A stretch of DNA of 64,000 nucleotides from Octopus vulgaris. Lineage: Eukaryota. Made by a program: the position numbers and the translations under genes. This document shows, piece after piece, positions 11,801 through 26,290 of the stretch; position 1 is the first letter of the stretch, and each line of letters starts with the position of its first letter. The stretch spans positions 85,622,001-85,686,000 of the forward strand of contig OX597817.1 of assembly GCA_951406725.2 (NCBI GenBank), given 5' to 3'. Under the pieces are notes generated by a model. It did not search any database, was not told the DNA's origin, and saw only the letters and a program-made list of their open reading frames with translations.

Positions 11801-12620
11801 TTAACTGATCTAAAGAAAATATTACAATTGTTTTAATATGACTTAATACCATTTATGTAATAACAAAGACACTGAAGAGAGTTTTATAACTTGCATAAAT
11901 CTTACACATGAATATCTACCTTCAGCACTTACATCATTGTATCTCTCAACTTTATATTTTGTCCTTCTATTCACCTGGCTATTGGAAATAGCTACCAAAA
12001 CTTTTAAGGAATGTTATCTTCAATAAACTTCCATCCTTTCTAGGGAGAGATCTTTTATCTACTTAATGTCACAAATATTAAAGTTAAGTAACTTCTTGAA
12101 AGAATTGACCTAAACTTTCTGTTCTCTGCATTTTGGGGAAGTTTGCACCAAATCATAGATTTTTTTTTATACTCTAATCAGAGGAAGAAAAGTGAAGATC
12201 ATAATCTTTGAAAGTTTTCACTGATTAGGAAGGTTGACAATCAGCTTGAACATATGCAAATGTACAACAGCTTGTTGTAGTGATAAAAATAGATTTTAGA
12301 ATCAACAGATACACTAAGTCCATGAGGCTTGAAGTTGGAAAACAGGCAGAGTAGACATAGTAAACCCCATGGATTTGTGCTAAAAATAAAGAAACACCCA
12401 ATCCCAGTGAATCCCTACCATTTCATTCATTGGTTTCTTATGTGTCAATATGTTTGGTTGCCATAGGAAGTAGAATATGTTGATATTTCAGAGTGTTGCC
12501 TTTTGATGTCAGTGCCAACACAAAACGTCAATTTTCCTTTTCCTCATGGAAACCAAACTGACAGTTAACAAATGTTCCTAGATTTACTATCACCATCATT
12601 GCAAACACAATCACCAGTTT

Positions 12621-12685
<65 letters not shown>

Positions 12686-13605
12686 TCCTGATGGTATCAT
12701 TGAACTTAGGAAGGGAAAACATGCATAGGAAATGAGTTCCAGAGCCCTACAACTTAGGGAAGAAAAGATTGACGAAAGCGTATAATGGTGTTGTAGATGA
12801 CACACTGATGGACAGGAGGAAAATGATACATGTTAAATGTCCTGGAGCAGAAATGGTAAACAACTTGCAATTTCAAAAGGTCAAAAGCTATTGTAGTAAC
12901 AGAAGAAAAGGCAGTGAGAAGAAACACCCAAAACAAAACAAATTCCACAACAAAACAATATTTCTTCAGTGTTTTGTCTGTTTATTATTTATAATAATGT
13001 TACACAAGCTGTGGTGATTGCTTTTGTATGTGTAATGTCAGTTGTGTTATTTTGTTGGGTGTGAGATGTTATGTAATTCTAATGTTGGCTGGTGATTGTG
13101 TAAAGTATGTGCTGTGTGGGTTGTGTGGGTCATAATAAATTATTAGTTGGCACTGGTAGAATATGAGTTGTAGGCAGTATATAGGTTATCTTACTGTACT
13201 GGGCGTTGATTGTCTGAGAGCACATGCTTTGTTATATTACTGGGCAGTGATTTTGTAGAATATGAGTGCAATTTCTACTTCAGCATGATCTCTACTACTG
13301 TATGCTCTATCTAAAGCCAACCACTATACAGAGTCTACTGAGTGCTTTTTTCTTTTTTTGAGGCACTAGCACTAATGAGGTTGCCATGTAACTTGTATGA
13401 CAATACTCCCTGAATGAGTGTAGTATTGAGGAAGGTAGCTTTATGCCACTTGTGGAAAGGCTAAAATTTAATAAAATGGGCAGGAACAGGTGTCTTCCTG
13501 TAGTGGAGATTTATGGCTACCCTACACTATATAGCAGTGCTATATAAGTTTAAACTCAATATTTTAAATACATAAAAGAAATGAGCATAGACTGAACAGA
13601 GGTAT

Positions 13606-13945
13606 TACTCTTTTACTCTTTAGTTGAGCAAATCGACACCAGGACTTATTCTTTGTAAGCCTAGTACTTATTCTATTGGTCACTTTTGCCGAAATGCTAA
13701 GTTACAGGGATGTAAACACACCAGCATCGATTGTCAAGCGATGTTGGGGGGACAAACACATAACAACACACACATATATACACATATACATATATATACA
13801 ACGGGCTTCTTTCATTTTTGCTTCTACCAAATCCACTCACAAGGCTTTGGTCGGCCCGAGGCTATAGTAGAAGACACTTGCCCAAGGTGCCACACAGTGG
13901 GACTGAACCTGGAACCATGTGGTTGGTAAGCAAGCTACTTACCAT
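13606..13945 (-). mobile_element. CORE-like tRNA SINE
   Basis: Reverse complement of the 9294/46274 family (gacacttgcccaaggtgcc...gggactgaacctggaaccatgtggttgg). Confidence 0.8.
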
Positions 13946-14802
13946 ATATTATAATTTTATTGACAGTGACTTCGAAATTTTCCAACTATAGTTCGTTTAA
14001 TTTGAACAAACTGCAATTAATGGAACTTCAAATTCACTGTGAATATGATAATTCATTATCATCACCATTTAACATCCATTTTCCATGCTGGCATGGGTCA
14101 AATGGCTTGACAGGGGCTAGCAAGCTGTAGGGCTGCACCAGGTTCCAGTTACCTGATTTGACATGGTTTTTATGGATGGATGACCTTCCTAATACTAACC
14201 ACTTTACAAAGTGTACTAGGTGCTTTTTATGTGACACCAGCATGGTTGCATTTTATGTCAAACCAACACGAGTGTTTTTCATGTGATGCCAGCATGAGTG
14301 CATTATATGTGGTATGGCATGGGTGCTTTTTACATGGCTCCAGCACTCATGGGGTTGCCAAGTAGCTTTTCAAGACAAGAATGTCTCACCTGAGGGAGGT
14401 GGCCATATGCAAGGCAAAAGGTTGGAGTATGACAGAGGGACAGAAATAGTTGTCTTCCTACAGAGGAGATACTTTGCAACCCAGGACAAGGAAAGGGAGA
14501 GAGGTAAGAGAGAGAAAGAAGACTGTCAGATTGAGAGAGAAAGTACCTATCCACAAAGAACAGTAGAGAAGAGTATAAGAATTACAGAGGGGATAGAGAT
14601 GTACCATAAGAGAGTGAGAGGAGATATTTAGGGATAGCAAGCGATAGTGAGAGGACCTGGAGGAATGCAGTGGGTGGTAGGGGTTTGGGGGAGGTAAGTT
14701 GTGGGTGGGTTCAACCAGAGGACAGAATTATGCATCTGTGTGTGTGTGTGAGAAAGGTAGAGGTTGTTATAGCCATAAATGACATGATTGTATGTAATGG
14801 AT

Positions 14803-15032
14803 GGCGGCGAGCTGGCAGAATCGTTAGCACGCCGGGCGAAATTCTTAGCGGTATTTCGTCTGCCGCTACGTTCTGAGTTCAAATTCCGCCGAGGTCGACT
14901 TTGCCTTTCATCCTTTCGTCGTCGATAAATTAAGTACCAGTTACGCACTGGGGTCGATATAATCGACTTAATCCGTTTGTCTGTCCTTGTTTGTCCTCTC
15001 TGTTTAGCCCCTTGTGTGTAGTAAAGAAATAA
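14803..15032 (+). mobile_element. Young tRNA-derived SINE (CpGs retained)
   Basis: ggcggcgagctggcagaatcgttagcacgccggg...gagttcaaattccgccgaggtcgactttgcctttcatcc; close to the 9353-9581 copy. Confidence 0.9.
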
Positions 15033-15059
15033 GATGGCCATTATTTTACTTAATTTAAT

Positions 15060-16080
15060 GTGTTTTCTGAAGTATGGCAAACTATCAAACTATCAATTGT
15101 CTTGGTCCCTTATCATCTCTTCTGTGGGGCTCAACCTCTGAAGATCATTCTCACCACATTGTCCCTGGGTTTACCCCTGCCACAGTTAGAGATTGGCATT
15201 TCTTTATGCAGCTGTCCTCATCCATATGCATCACATGACCATACCAGCACAGTCTCTTGCACACTGCTTCTGATGCCTCATATACCCAGCTTTTCTCTTA
15301 AATCATTTACACTCTGTCATATATGTACACTGACATTGCCCATCTAGTAGAGCATGTTGGCTTCATTTCTTTCAAGCCTTTGCATGTCCTCTTTAGTCAC
15401 AGCATATGTTTCAATGCCATGCAACATAGTTGTTCACACATGGACATCATACAATCTGCATTTCACTCTGAGGGAGAGGTCTTTTGTTACCAACAAAGGT
15501 AGTAGCTCTCTGAACTTTACCCAGCCCATTCTTATGCTAGCAACTACACTTACAGAGTTCCCTCCTCCATTGCTAACTTGGTCACCTAAGTAACAGAAAC
15601 TACTACTTCTAAGGACACACCCAGACATTTGAGAGTGTCTATTTTCTGTACATTCCTAGTGAGTGTTTATTGTACCTACACATATGCCACACACAAAGAC
15701 TACTTTGTCTGTTAACCTTCTTGTGATACTGTTGCACCACTTATGTGTCCATAGCTTATACTGGGTGTACCATATGGAGTTTCTATCTACCCATTTTCTA
15801 CATATCAAGCAGGGCCATCTCCCTAAAGCAGTAACTGATTTGTCTTTTCCTACTTACTAGGACTTTGGTCTTTGCTAAAAAAACTCTAAGGCCCTCTGAT
15901 TCCAGACCTTGCTTCCACACCTGGAATTTCTTCTCTAGTTTTGGTATGGATTCAGCAATAAGAACACAGTTGTCAGTGTCATGGAGCTCCTAAGGGCAAC
16001 CAGTCTAAAATTCCTCTGTTATGACCTAGAGGACTATGATAAACAAGAGGAGGTTGAGAACTGATCCTTGATGAACTCAG
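15060..16080 (-). mobile_element. RTE-clade LINE 3' fragment, degenerate
   Basis: Minus ORF FCYLGDQVSNGGGNSVSVVASIRMGWVKFRELLPLL..LSLRVKCRLY is typical of RTE RT C-termini. Confidence 0.75.
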
Positions 16081-17214
16081 TATATAGAGAGCTATCTATG
16101 TTTATTCATGCACACACACAAGTGTGGCAGGGGATGTATGTAATCATGTATGTATATGTGTGTGGATGTGAGTATTGCCAATTCACTGAGTAGTGTGATA
16201 GTGATTGATAAGAGAAGGGATCAATCTTTTGATATATGATGGTTCCAGTTCATGCTTTGAGCACAAGTAACATGAAATAAATTTTAATGAGAGCCCTTAC
16301 CTCCACTACTACCTTGTAAATTAAGTCATCAACAGGGTATAAGCTATCATGAATAAGCAAGGCAGCCATTGTTGATTGAAGAGGATTGCAATCTTTGTCC
16401 ATGTGGCACATATCTCCTCCATCTCCGCCGTCACTTTCTCCATAACTTTTGCTACCATATGCAACAACCACTATCATTTCAGTTACCACCACTACAACTG
16501 CTGCTGCTGTTGTTGTTGTTGCTGCTGTTGTTTTTGTTGCTATGTTTCAATTGATTATTTCATGTTTTTATGTTTTCTATGCTAAACTCTTTGTCTGTCT
16601 TACCTTCTTTAATATCAATAACAGAGATATTTTCAAATGAAAATTCCATTGGGTTTTGCTGTAATCCTTGTCATAACAAATTACAGTGAGGTAGACATTG
16701 ATATCAATGACCAATCATAGATTTCTTAATGTCATGTCATCAAACTTTTAAAATAATGCTGGCTTGCTCCTTCCCCAATCACCAGAGCCACAACCTGAAC
16801 ATATAGACAAATGGATGCATCTTTAGTACAAGTTATTTGGAGTACTTTAGTGAAAGTAGTAATGTATTTAAGCTGTGGCATTAATTTTTGTTTGCTTACT
16901 TCTTTCTTTCATCCTTCCTTTCTTTCTTTCTTCCAAACAAGTCAACCAAAAGCAGACAAGAAGAAATATTAAATCAATATTTATGGATAGTGAATATTTG
17001 TATCTAGTCAATATTTCTTAGAAAAATGATTTGAAAATAATAAACATAGTGAAGGTTCATTATGAATGCAGCATATATGAGGGACTGACTGAAAGAAAAT
17101 AACACTGGAGATGATATACTTATGCATGAGTGTGTGTGTCTGTGTCTGTGTATACTCGTACATACATACATACATGCATATATATGTGTGTGCGTGTGTG
17201 TGTACATACATGCT

Positions 17215-17245
<31 letters not shown>

Positions 17246-17482
17246 CGTCAATGTATCATATATCCCAAAAGGAAGTAGAGTCTAAAGTATAGAGTAGTAA
17301 TGTATTTAAATGCAGTTAAGTCTATGTCCAATCATAGAGCGACCAATGGATCTCCTTTATGGATGTGCAACCATTGGCCACTCAATAACCGGACATATAC
17401 TTAACTTCATATAATTATATTTATATATATATATGTATATGTATGTATATATATGTATATGTATGTATATATATATATATAT

Positions 17483-17700
17483 AAAAAGTTAATCCAAACA
17501 TGAAAACACAAAGAGAAAACACAACAACGCAAGGACGTGGAACAAGTACAGTGTTATTGGACACTCAGGAAAAGAAAGGAAGAAGGAGGATTTAAGATTT
17601 TGAGTGGAGCTCTTCGTCAGAAATATAGGAAAAGGAAAGATCCAAGGAAGGGAAGATGGAGGAAAAAAATCGCCAACAATACACATGCGGTCATTATATA
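17483..17700 (-). mobile_element. Short Penelope-associated repeat with degenerate minimal hammerhead, in a (TA)n tract
   Basis: Reverse complement of the 44205-44413 unit; minus strand has ttCTGACGAagagctccactcAAAAtct (GAAA lost). Confidence 0.7.
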
Positions 17701-17714
17701 TATTGACATATATA

Positions 17715-17883
17715 AGTGTGTCACACACACACACTTATATACTTATATATACCTATATACCTATATATATATATATATAAAAATATCTATACATACATAT
17801 ACACACACATATATATATGTATGTATGTATGTATGTATATATATATATATAAGTATATATAAGTATATATAAGTATATAAGTA

Positions 17884-17958
<75 letters not shown>

Positions 17959-18000
17959 ATGTATATGTATATGCATGTGTGTATGCATGTATGTATGTAA
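17715..18000. repeat. Compound (TA)n/(CA)n/(TATG)n microsatellite
   Basis: Direct reading. Confidence 0.95.
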
Positions 18001-18596
18001 ATAACTTTGTTTTAACATTAACTTTTCTATGCTTGTATGAGTCAACCACATTCTCTTCTTGTCCCCAACACTTACTTGTTTCCAAACAAGGTAATATTTC
18101 CCTATAGCTAGATACTTTTTTTCCACAGAACACTAGAAACAATGAACATCACTCATGTGACAACTGAGTCATTATATTCTCAGACTGACGAAATCATTCT
18201 GTGTGTGTATGTATATATGTGTATGTGTTTGTATCGTCTTGTCATGACATTGTGCTATAGTTGTAAACAAATGTTGCTATCATACAAGTGATGTAATTTG
18301 TTTCCAAATCTTTTTTGAGAAATGTTCAAACATGGGGAAATACTTCCTTGCAGGTAGGTGAGAGATGATAATAGGAAGGGTATCAAACTGTAGAAAATCT
18401 GCTTCTACAAATTTCATCTGACCTATGCCAAACATGGGATGGGGAATGTTAAAATAATGAGGATGATAACAATGATGATACACATGCACACACATACATA
18501 CACCTATTATTATATACTTGTAACTCCAACCAAATGTGTTCAGAGCTGCTTTCTTTCATTTGTTCATTTACATATATATATATATATATATATATA

Positions 18597-19848
18597 TTGG
18601 GTCATCCCATAAATAATGCGTTTTTTTATACTTCTTTTATATTTCAAAATTAAGATGAACAAAGTTCCTTTTTAATCTAAAATATACTCTCCTCCATTTT
18701 CTACAATGCTTTTCCATCTATCTGGTAGACTTGCAAAGCTCCTCTTCCAAAATTCACTTGTCTGTGACAAAATATACTCATCCAGTACTGTTCTGACCTT
18801 GTCTACAGAATTCATATTTTTTTTCTGTCCAAATGATTTTGAAGATAAAAGATAAATGATGAGACAATGTCTGGCTAATATGATGAGTTGGGGCATCGTT
18901 TCCTATTCATACTGCTCCAACCTTTGGAATGTCATCCTCACTGTATGTGGCTGAGCATTATCCTGATGAAAGAACACCTTTCGTCTTGAAACCAAAGATG
19001 GTTATTTTCTTTCTAGCACTAACTTAAGCCTCTCAAGCTGCTCACAGTAGATCTCCTTCATTATCACTTGGTTTGGGTTTAAAAGTTCAAAGTGGACTAA
19101 ACCTTTCATAACATCTTACATGGTGAAGATCTTCTTTAGCCTGGGATGCCCGTGTTTCTCCTTTTCCTACCTACTGTCTTCGACCCTTGACATTTTTATA
19201 GAGAACCTATTTCTTATCACCAGTCACTTTTCAGTCCAAAAAAGGTTCATTCGTGAGATGTGACAGCAAAGAAGAACAGACATTCACTTTCTGCACACGA
19301 TTAGACTTGGAAAGTTTATGAGGAACCCATTGACCCAATTTGCTGACTTTTTTTATGGTACACAGGTGTCGATGAATGTTTGAATGACCAAATCCAAGCT
19401 TTTCTGCTAGTTCCTCAACAGTTATTATGGGAATTTTGTTCCACCAGGGTTTGCAAGACATCCTCATTGAACTCTACAGATCTTCCAGGATTAAGCTCAT
19501 CTTCTAGGCTGTAGTTTCCATCTCAGAATTTCTGAAACCACCATTACACTTATTGTCCAATCCCCATATACTGCATTAATATTCCTTGCACTTTCTGTTG
19601 CATTGTTGCCTTTATTGAAATAATAAAGCAAAATATACCAAATATGCTCCTTTATCACTTCCATTATAGCTTTGAAAAATTAACTGTTAAAATCGAACTG
19701 CACTCTTCAAAACTTGCACTAAGAATAAGGACAAGTAAAATTACTGCCTGCTTTTATAACAAGTTGATGCAGGTAGTTTATCCCATCCTTCTCTGACTTT
19801 TAGTTCATGCAATTCAAAAAGAGCCGCATTATTTATGGGATGACCCAA
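18597..19848 (-). mobile_element. Full-length degenerate mariner transposon, ~1250 bp, flanked by TA
   Basis: TIRs TTGGGTCATCCCATAAATAATGCG / CGCATTATTTATGGGATGACCCAA. Minus-strand fragments WVPHKL, VTGD, HQDNAQPH, LPDRWKSIVENGGEYI. Confidence 0.93.
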
Positions 19849-21371
19849 TATATATATATGTTTGTATGTATGCATGCATGTATGAATGTATGTATGAACA
19901 TACATATCAGTATGTGTGCACACATCTGTGAGTCACATTAAATATATGATTATGTTTGCGTTTAATTATTTTTATTAACTGTTTTTTTCATATTTCCTAA
20001 TTAGTCCTCTATGTTTAGTTTAGAACAAAAAGTGTTCATAAATTCATTAATTAATACTTCATAGCTTTCCAAACCTTATTGACATGAAGGGATAATAATA
20101 ATATCATATTGTTTACATGAATTTTTCACAAGTTGCAAAGGATCGTGGGAATGTAGTTGAAACTGATAAATTTATCAACGCAACATTTAAAAATTATACA
20201 ACCATTGAATCCTGACAGATATCATGTTTTATTCTACACATGATAATATATCTGTGTTGATACTTGGTTTATATATTTTTGCTATTAGTAAAGCTTCCAT
20301 CATTATCATTCCTTTTTTTTTTAATTCTATATAAAATTGTTTGATTGCCAACTAGTGCTTTTCTTTCAAATTTATTTTTTATAGTGTTGCATTATCATGA
20401 GTTACAATGGTTCCTTGTTATAAAGACATTGTCAACTGGGGGTAGAGAGTCATATTTGTATGTCCATTTTAAAAGTTTAAGTCATAAAGTTTGCAACTTT
20501 CACGTTTACATTGAAATCTCTGTGTTACATTGGTTTTCTGCCATGTTTTCTGTTTTTTTGTTATTTTATGGTTTCATGCTGATGAGGAGGTTTTTCCGTT
20601 CTGGTATTATTATAATATATTCTAACTATCCTTATGTGGTTAGCTATGATTTGTGATACATGTTGCAATACAACCATTCTGTAAATAGCGTGTACTTGAT
20701 TCTTGTAGTACATAGAAGATACAGCTATGTGAGAAACCAGATGTTTTCAACTTCTTCCACCTAATGTACACATTCCTTATGCCCCCATGTGAATAAGGAT
20801 ACTATGGAAATTGATAAATTTCATCATTAGAGATGTATGTAATGTTATGACCGAAGCAATCAAAGGTCTGCAGTCTTTTTTGTGGTTCCAAGAAGTTTGA
20901 GTCTTGACAGATGTTGGATGAAAGAATGGGACACTAAAAGCATCAGTGGTTGTGAAACTAGTGCTACCCATTAAATGTATAGAACCATTAAATGTATTGA
21001 ACAACAAAAATAAAATAACAAGGCTAAAGACTACAAACAGACTATACATTTCAAGTAAGATTTTCCTTCTCTGTAGTACATTTATATTTACATGTAAATA
21101 CACACACACACACATGCAGGACATGTGCATGCATGTGTGTGTCCTTGTCTTAATATCATAGGATAATAATAATTGATTATCATTATCATTATCATTTAAG
21201 CAAAGTCCTTTGTTTCCAGTCTTCCCTGAAAACATGTTTGTTCATGGGGAAGTATTACCTATACTGGAAACAAGTGAGAGTTAGTGGCAGGAAGGGCATT
21301 GGGGTAGAAAATCTGCCTCAATGAATTCAGTCTGACCCATACAAACATGGAAAAATAGATTTTTAAAAACA

Positions 21372-21419
<48 letters not shown>

Positions 21420-21826
21420 ATATGTATTCACCTATCAATAATTATATTGAAAAGAAAAATTAATCACTATATGAAAGAAATAATTTTGTTTAATCATAGA
21501 TACAAGTATTTCTCCAAGACCTTCCTTTCATAGCCATAGTTTAAAGCAATCAAAAATTGATTTCAGTACAAAGAATTCAGTAAACATCATATAAATGGTA
21601 TAATAATAGATAAAAGAGTCTCAATATAAAAGAAATATCTATTTTCACCTTAATAGTTACATAATGTAAAATGTATTTAGTCATTTGTTGTCTGGGGAGC
21701 TTTAGTCATGTGAAGTGACCAAATATCACTGGAAAAACAGTCAGTAGACACATAATTGATAGATAAAAGTTCAATTACTGGAGGAATGCTGTATTTTCAT
21801 GTCTGTCCCAGAATACAGTATTTTCA

Positions 21827-22055
21827 CCCTTTCATTACTGTATTTATTTTGAGATGCTCTGCGTTTCTTTCGATTACTTTAAATATAACAAAGAATTTAG
21901 TAGAATAACTTAGTTAACTTAGTTATCATCCAGCTAGTGTTAGGAACATAAATTGTGACTAAGGTTTTGTGGAAGATTTTAATTCAAAACTTATGGAAAC
22001 AAGACATTCATACTTTGAGTCAGAGCTGGTTTCAGCCAGGTTGGTAACGAAAGGG
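21827..22055. mobile_element. piggyBac-type MITE (~230 bp)
   Basis: Ends CCCTTTCATTAC...GGTAACGAAAGGG with degenerate TTAA flanks. Related older copies at ~22525-22733 and ~36928-37138. Confidence 0.7.
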
Positions 22056-25000
22056 TTTTTGTTGACTGTAAAGAAATGTATCATGATTGTAATAAGGATA
22101 TAAAAATGTAAGACAACTGTGTAAATGGAAAAGGTGCTGAATCATGAACTGACAGGTCACTAGTTTCACTATTGACACATTAATTACCCCTAATATGTTG
22201 TTACAAAAAAAAAGAAAGGAAAAGGAGTGATATAAATAACCTTTGGGCAATGCAAGTAAGAAATCAGGCAAAATAGCTATGGTGATGTCAATAAATGAAA
22301 ACAAAGTGAGAAGATATTGTATTAACTTAATAATCGTATTATATTGTTTAATGATCTTATAATATTTCAGGTAAGATTCTCCGTTTCTAATAGAAGAAAA
22401 GCTAGATAATATAAAATCATGAAATCGCAAAAAAAGTAATTATTCTAACAAAATATTGCAAAGTCTGAATTTGAAGAACTAATCAATTGCAGAAAATTGT
22501 TTAGTTTTCATAAATGAAGAATGTGTTGACCCTTATATGATGATATTTCTAATAAAATACACTGCCTCTGTGCTTCACTTAATTTGAAAACCATCATGAA
22601 TTTAGAAGGGATAACTTTTTTTTCCTTTATTAAGTTGTTTTATGTGACTCATTTTGGTGAAAGGTTTTAATTTTAAATAGGACATTTTGAAAGGAGGCAG
22701 TCTCCAGTGGAAAGGTGTCAACCAAAAGAGTTACAAATCCTTTTGCCTATATTTTCCCTCACATTAATTAATTATGTCTTATAACTTCTTTTCACTTAGT
22801 TCTGTACATTCATAATATCCTTCATCAACAGATTTTTAGAAAGAAGCTAGATAAGGAATTCTGATGGCTCTTTGATGTAAATGCATAGTTGTTTAATGAG
22901 ATAGAATCATATTTGTGTCTCCAATATAACAGTTTGTGTCATGAAGTTTACAACTTCCATGAAATCTTTATATTACATTTGTTGTCTGAAGTACATTCTG
23001 TGGTTTGTTGGTTTGCATTGACAAAGATTTTTTTTTTCTTTATTTTGATGTTACTAAAATATATTCAGATTATGAATTTGTGGTTAGCTATGGGTTTATA
23101 ATACATGTTGAGTTCTTCTGTTTTATGAGTTTAATAATGACTTAATCACCCATTTCGTAACCAGGGTGCTTTTGGTTCTTGTAATATGCAGAAGATTGAG
23201 ATGTGTGAATAGATGGAGGTTTATGACCACTCCCATCTAATTTACTCCTTCCTTGTGCCCTCATGAGCAAGGATATTATAGAAGTGACAGTATTTCATTG
23301 TGGCAGACTTTTGTGCTATGCCTGCAGTTAAACTCCATAGTTTGCAGTATGTACATAATATCTGTGGTACAGCCATCAACAAACATCAAATACAATCAGA
23401 GATTTGAATATTAGGAAAACTAACAAAAGACTTCATTGTTCAGCAAAATTTGGTGATGGGAGGTTAAAAATATATTCAGGATTCATGTATTTATCTCTTA
23501 TAATTATAGGGTTGTCCATAAAAGAATGAATAGATAAAGGAAAGAATACAGGAATTAAAAAGAAGCCCACAAAATTTCTTTGGCAAAATTGCTCATGTAA
23601 CATTTAAACTCTTCTGTTTAGTTGGAGAAAATATTACATAAATCCTACCTCTCTTTCCATTCACTCTAACAGAAATAATTTATGAAAGGATCTAGAAGTA
23701 ACTTCCTTTATATCTATATCCTATAGGATCTCACATGGTCCAATTATAGGGTTCCTGGTTAAAGAAAGTTTAGATCTTTACTTTGTCAGGATGTTAAGAA
23801 AATGTATCTCCCCAGATGCTCATTAATTTCTAGCAGACAAAGATCATCTTGACCTCTCATACTGCAGTATGATATTGCAAAATAAATAGATCCAATCGAA
23901 GTGGACTGAATTGGATAGCAAAAATTACAGAAAAGATTATTGTCGTTTGCTGGTGTCCATGGATAATTACCAGGACTGCTATTTGCAGTATCAGAGAGAC
24001 TCTAGTGCAGTTCACTTGATTGTTATCCAATATCTATTTCACATTTAAACAACATTCTCTACAATTGTCCAGATTATATAAATATGTGTGCGTGTATGAT
24101 CATTTCTTTGGATTTATATTTGCTAATGCAATCTTATAATTATTGTCATATCTTATTATTATCATTGTTATCTGTTCACGATAGCTTTTATAGCAAATTT
24201 TCATCATATACTGACAATAAATTTGTAAGATTACGTGGTTTGGATTGGGTTTTGATAGATTTTACTACTTGTCTGAGCCACAGTTTGTAAGCTCTATATC
24301 TTTAATTCCTCACTTTTGTATCATAAAACTAAGGGTGATTTAAAGCAGGTTGGTATCGAAAGAGTTTACAGCTGTCAATAAGTCTTATACTTTTTCCCAA
24401 TTAACCATATTTTCTTTGATAATAGATAATCAAGTACTTATATTCCCTGCCTTTTGACATTTCCAAATTTAATTAGTCTCTCATTTAGTATTTAATGACT
24501 TAACATTGTTGGTTATAGTTTCATTAGTGCTGTGTAAAGTATTTGGAATTAGAAATCTATTTGATTCTTTATTTGTAGTGGATAGTAGTACAAAATATTT
24601 TCCCAGAGCTTCAGCACCAGTTTCAATTATGTAATTTTTTAAAATTTCTCTACAAGAGAATCTGCCAATCCAGCTAGAATACCTCTAATTAAATTCTAAT
24701 TGAGTTACATCTGTATTTACCAAAGATCTTATCTTTCAAAAAGTTCACTAGTATTTGTTGCTTAGGAAATAATGATGTTAGTACCATGCTTTAATATTGC
24801 TTTTGGGTTTGAGATTACTTTCCAAACCCAATATTACTCTGGTGGAAGGAGAATTCTATTTTGCTTGAAATCATTGCTGGACAAATTTGGACAATGAATT
24901 GTCCAAAATTTAGACAATAAATTTTCACTTTCATTCTCAGTACAACATTCTCCTTAGCTAATAAACTTAACTTACACTTTCCCATTTTATCTGGTTGTAA

Positions 25001-25308
25001 ATAGTTCACTATATAATTAACAAGTGCTTCCTTAACTAGCCCTCTCAGGAGCATGGATAAAGCTATCTCAATACCCAATCTCAGACCAGAATCTCTAATC
25101 ACTCAGCTTCTGCCTTCGAATTAAACCTTTGGATCTATTTTAGTTTCCTTTGTGAAACTTGATCTCATATCAAAGTTATCATATCAAGCAGAACCTTTCA
25201 AACTCCCATAAAAATACTATCAAGTCAATGTAATCGACTAGTTCCCTTGCCCAAAGTTTCAGGTCTTGTGCCTATAGGAGAAAGGATCATCATCATCATC
25301 ATTATTAA

Positions 25309-25480
25309 GGTGAGAAGCCGGCAGAATCATGAGTACACAGGGCAAAATGCTTAGTGGTATTTCATCCATCTTCACGTTCTGAGTTCAAAATCTGTGATGG
25401 TTGACATTGGCTTTCATCCTTCCAAGATCAATGAAATAAAGTAATAGTCAAATACTGGGGTCAATTCAATCACTTAACTA
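25309..25480 (+). mobile_element. Degenerate tRNA SINE
   Basis: ggtgagaagccggcagaatc...ggcaaaatgcttagtggtatttc...gagttcaaa. Confidence 0.7.
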
Positions 25481-25774
25481 TACCTCAAATATAAGAAATT
25501 GTGCAGAGGAACAAAACCATTCAACATTCTTTCATTTAGTGTCAGTGTATTTTTTATTTGTGCATTTATGTTTAACAGTTATTACCAAGTATGGATCAGT
25601 TTGGGTGTGATTCAAAGCTATCATGAAGATTGAACTTCCTTCTTCACCTTTGTGGCAAGGATGAGTGAAGAGCTTTCTTCTTTATGGTGGCTATGGTGAA
25701 GAAAGTTGTAAGGCAGATGTAGCTGAAAATATTTTTCCTTTATGGTATTATATTGCACCTAGCTGCTGATATAT

Positions 25775-26272
25775 ATATAGTTGAAATTTACAGAAAAACA
25801 GAAGACGAAGACAGGTGTATAAACAACAAACAGGTGTATTGGTTTAACACTTGGGAAGGTGAGAAAGTCATTTATGTTTCGAGCCTACACTCTTCAACAG
25901 AAGGAACACATGGAAATAAACAGAGAGAGAATGACAATAACTTTTGGAGCTAGTGGTCAATCATGGTGGCTGGCTGGACAGAGGTAGTTAGGCAGGGGAA
26001 ATAGGAAGAAGGGGAGATAATAAAGTATTGGTAATCCCAAAACGAAGATGTGTGTGTGTGTGTATGTGAAAGTGTATAAGTGTGTGCATGTCGACAGGGC
26101 CTGGTGAATTCAACGTGTGGATGTGTGCATGTCTAAGTGTGTGCATCTGTAATGTGTGGATGCTAGGAAGTGGTCAGTGCTAGTGTGTGCTGGGTGGTGT
26201 GATGTGATTTGGTGGTGTGTGGTGTGGGTTTAGGGTGAGGATGTGGAGGTAGGGTGGGGTATGTGGGAGTGG
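25775..26272 (-). mobile_element. Penelope-associated repeat between TA tracts
   Basis: 25775-25930 is the reverse complement of the 44445-44626 unit, including the non-canonical hammerhead-like ctgttgaagagtgtaggctcgaaacat. Confidence 0.55.
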
Positions 26273-26290
26273 AATATATATATATATATA

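Noticed and set aside
16250-16492. Minus-strand ORF with AG|GTAAG donor near 16297
   Set aside because: No convincing acceptor; begins in trinucleotide repeats; no recognisable domain
17310-17410. SECIS element or hammerhead stem II interpretation of the hairpin
   Set aside because: No UGA/GA quartet with correctly spaced apical AA, and no GAAA after the stem
17537-18142. Several 70-130 aa YI/HT/CV-repeat ORFs (also near 12.6, 28.6, 44.4-45.2 and 58.4 kb)
   Set aside because: Dinucleotide microsatellite translations
24300-25210. 95-aa minus ORF and coding-like composition
   Set aside because: No recognisable motifs or splice structure; probably an old unclassified TE relic
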